This document shows positions 61,594 to 64,000 of a stretch of DNA of 64,000 nt, piece after piece (position 1 is the stretch's first letter; each line of letters begins with the position of its first letter). The notes below the pieces were generated by a model. That model had not been told where the DNA came from, ran no database searches, and was given only the letters and a program-made list of their open reading frames with translations. A program made the translations under genes and the position numbers. This DNA is from an uncultured Methanosarcinaceae archaeon (lineage in GTDB: Archaea > Halobacteriota > Methanosarcinia > Methanosarcinales > Methanosarcinaceae), in assembly GCA_963847185.1 (NCBI GenBank), contig CAWJYV010000007.1:224001-288000 (forward strand), written 5' to 3'.

Positions 61594-61725
61594 ATTTACC
61601 TGATTAAATAAAAAATTATTTGTCAGTGAAGTAAAGCTTGAAGCCTATCATACAGAAGACCGGAAGAAATGTATCTTTCTTCCATTACTTTTTTACACTA
61701 ATTACCTATTTTTGTGAGGCTATTC

Positions 61726-62523
61726 ATGAATGCAAAAATTATGAAAAAAGGAATATGCCTAATAGGTTTTATTCTTATCTTTCTGGCGGGACTATTAGCT
61801 GTTAATGATTTTAATTCAGATGAGAATGGCTCATATGTCGTTTCAATTAAAAGTGCCTCTACATTTAATGATAGTTTTAGCGAGGGAATTTTGAATTCGC
61901 AAAAATGGCAAATCACCCGTGAAGGAGATTCTAAGGAAAACATAATAGACGTATACGACGTTGATCCTTCGGATAATTTTGACCCTCGATTGAGATTGGG
62001 CATGAACACAATCGGTACAAGCGATAATACGGTAAAGTTCCAGGGAGTTAAAAGTGTAGAGAAAGTAAATTTTAGTGATGGAAAGGAAATTTCATTTGAT
62101 CTTTATTGGAACAACCAGAGCAATGGATGCTATCTAACGGGAGCCTTCTGTCTATGCCCTACTGCAACTAACGGAAATCCAGAAGATGAAAGTAACTGGA
62201 TAAAATTTGAATATATTGGGGTCCCTCCTGGTGAAAATGGTCGCAGTATTATCTCCAGTAAAATTGATGGGAATATAAGATTGTTATATGACGAAGGTTG
62301 GCCTGAAGAGCGTACTGGCAGAAAGATTGCAGACCAGCACATTAAGATAATCCTCTATGATAAGAGTTTTAAAATCTTAGAGAATGGTAAGGAATTATAT
62401 ACTTCATCATTACACAATTTGAATTTTAAATCCGCTTATATTTATTTGCAAATGAGTAGTCACAGTAATTACCCCATGCGAGAAATTTATTTCGACAACA
62501 TTATAGTTGCCAGATGTGCCTAA
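61726..62523 (+). CDS. Hypothetical secreted or membrane-anchored beta-sandwich protein
   Basis: N-terminal hydrophobic helix; DSFSEGILNSQKW start and IYFDNI end suggest a ConA/LamG-like fold. Confidence 0.65.
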   Translation: MNAKIMKKGICLIGFILIFLAGLLAVNDFNSDENGSYVVSIKSASTFNDSFSEGILNSQKWQITREGDSKENIIDVYDVDPSDNFDPRLRLGMNTIGTSDNTVKFQGVKSVEKVNFSDGKEISFDLYWNNQSNGCYLTGAFCLCPTATNGNPEDESNWIKFEYIGVPPGENGRSIISSKIDGNIRLLYDEGWPEERTGRKIADQHIKIILYDKSFKILENGKELYTSSLHNLNFKSAYIYLQMSSHSNYPMREIYFDNIIVARCA

Positions 62524-62742
62524 AGGATACTTCAGGTTCAATTCAAACTCAATTGTAAATATTTAATACGCCAACAATAGATCTTTTGATATTGGTATTT
62601 ATTTAAGTGATGTATAATTACTAATTTTAAAAAACGTAATCTATAGATAGTAATCTTCGGAATTGAGTTTAAAGAATGAGGAGAGTAAAAACAGAACTTT
62701 TAGATAACTGCTCCTCATATATCTCCAAAAGCTTTTAAGAGT

Positions 62743-63810
62743 TTAACATTCGTCGAGCATAAAGGCTCTGGGCCTTATGATCCTTTTCCTCTCATACTGG
62801 TCGAAACAATGGGCTATCCAGCCTGAGACTCTGCCAATTGCAAAAATGGATGTTGCAAGTTGAGGGGGGATGTCCATATACTTGTAGATAACTCCTGAGT
62901 AAAAGTCTACGTTCGGATAGATTGGTTTTCCTTTTTTTTCTACAAGTTCATGGATAACAGTATTTTCTATTATTTCGGCTGTTTTGTACCAGTGCATGTC
63001 CCCTTTTTCTTCTGCGAGTTGTTTAGAAAGCTGCTTGAATATCGTGCCTCTGGGGTCATAAGTTTTGTACACTCTATGCCCGAAGCCCATTATCCTCTCT
63101 CTCTGGCTTAATTTTTCGAGGACATAATTCTCTGCATTTTCCGGGCTGCCGATTTCTTCGAGCATGGTCATAACCTCTGCTCTTGCACCTCCATGGAGAG
63201 GGCCTTTAAGGGTACAGAGTCCGGATACAATAGCTGAGTACAAATCTGAAAAAGTGGATGCAGTAACTCTTGACGAGAACGTGGAAGCGTTAAGCTCATG
63301 CTCTGCACTGAGAATAAAGTCTTTTTCCATGACCTCAGCTTCCAGTGCAGTTGGCCTGCTTCCTTTTAGCATGTACAGGAAGTTTGCTCCGTGAGAGAGG
63401 GATGCATCAGGGGGGACAGGTTCTTTTCCATTTGCCACTCTGTAGTATGCAGCAACAATGGTTGGGATCCTGGCAATTAACCGTATGGCTTTTCTCATAT
63501 TTCCTTCAGGAGAACTGTCTTCAAGGTCTGGATCAAATTGTGACATGAACGAAACAACAGTACGCAGCGCTTCCATGGCGTCAACACTGAAATTACACAT
63601 CCGGATAACATCCAATACCTCCCTGCTTATTTCACGTTCCCCATGCAGGCGGGCTGAATACTCTGCAAGCTCCTGATCTGCTGGAAGTTCTCCCTGGATA
63701 AGCAGATAAGAAACTGCATCATAGGGAAACTCAACCAGCTGATTGATGTCTATTTCCCTGTATTTCAGAATGCCCTCCAGCCCGTCAATGAAACATATAT
63801 TTTTACTCAT
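62743..63810 (-). CDS. Citrate synthase / 2-methylcitrate synthase family
   Basis: EHELNASTF, GPLHGGA, MGFGHRVYK, PNVDFYSG, IIRPR. Confidence 0.93.
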   Translation of the reverse strand: MSKNICFIDGLEGILKYREIDINQLVEFPYDAVSYLLIQGELPADQELAEYSARLHGEREISREVLDVIRMCNFSVDAMEALRTVVSFMSQFDPDLEDSSPEGNMRKAIRLIARIPTIVAAYYRVANGKEPVPPDASLSHGANFLYMLKGSRPTALEAEVMEKDFILSAEHELNASTFSSRVTASTFSDLYSAIVSGLCTLKGPLHGGARAEVMTMLEEIGSPENAENYVLEKLSQRERIMGFGHRVYKTYDPRGTIFKQLSKQLAEEKGDMHWYKTAEIIENTVIHELVEKKGKPIYPNVDFYSGVIYKYMDIPPQLATSIFAIGRVSGWIAHCFDQYERKRIIRPRAFMLDEC

Positions 63811-64000
63811 TTTCTACCTCGCAGTTATGCATAGAGGATTTTTCAAAAAACTTTGAAATTTGGGGAAATCCTCTGATTATACGTGAAAGATTTAACACGA
63901 AGGGCCTTTTGAGGCCCAAAAATAGGGTGACAATGCATTTCTATTATCGTTGAATAAGTATATTAAATTTGTTGAATTTCTATCTCCAGATCTTTATATT

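Overview
Chromosomal segment of a Methanosarcina-like methanogenic archaeon, inferred from the gene set, YVTN/PKD surface proteins, an intron-containing tRNA-Tyr and TATA-type promoters. Most of the window is housekeeping: feoB (partial), alaS, leuBD, purP, truA, trm11, map, archaeal MAT, hisGAB, fdhD, sufS-like, larE, glmM, the archaeal mevalonate pathway (phosphomevalonate dehydratase subunits and a UbiD decarboxylase) and citrate synthase. Three accessory parts stand out. (1) An AT-rich, decaying ~9 kb island (~22.4-31.3 kb) next to the 3' end of tRNA-Asp. It holds a divergent extra TBP bracketed by two ~248-bp direct repeats, each with palindrome + TATA + identical GC hairpin + T-tract (candidate duplicated sRNA), plus a MITE, a wHTH/RelE-like pair with an inactivated toxin, a long-leader 39-aa hydrophobic ORF resembling a type I toxin, and inverted palindromic sites. 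(2) A type IV pilus locus (37.0-46.6 kb) with a pilin fused to PKD and YVTN beta-propeller domains and a KaiC-like ATPase. (3) A two-gene surface-protein insertion (59.4-62.5 kb). Also present are a degenerate tRNA-Asp copy whose anticodon position reads CTA (amber) and two unannotated small ORFs, one behind a ~320-nt hairpin-rich leader. All calls come from reading the sequence and recognising motifs; no searches were run.
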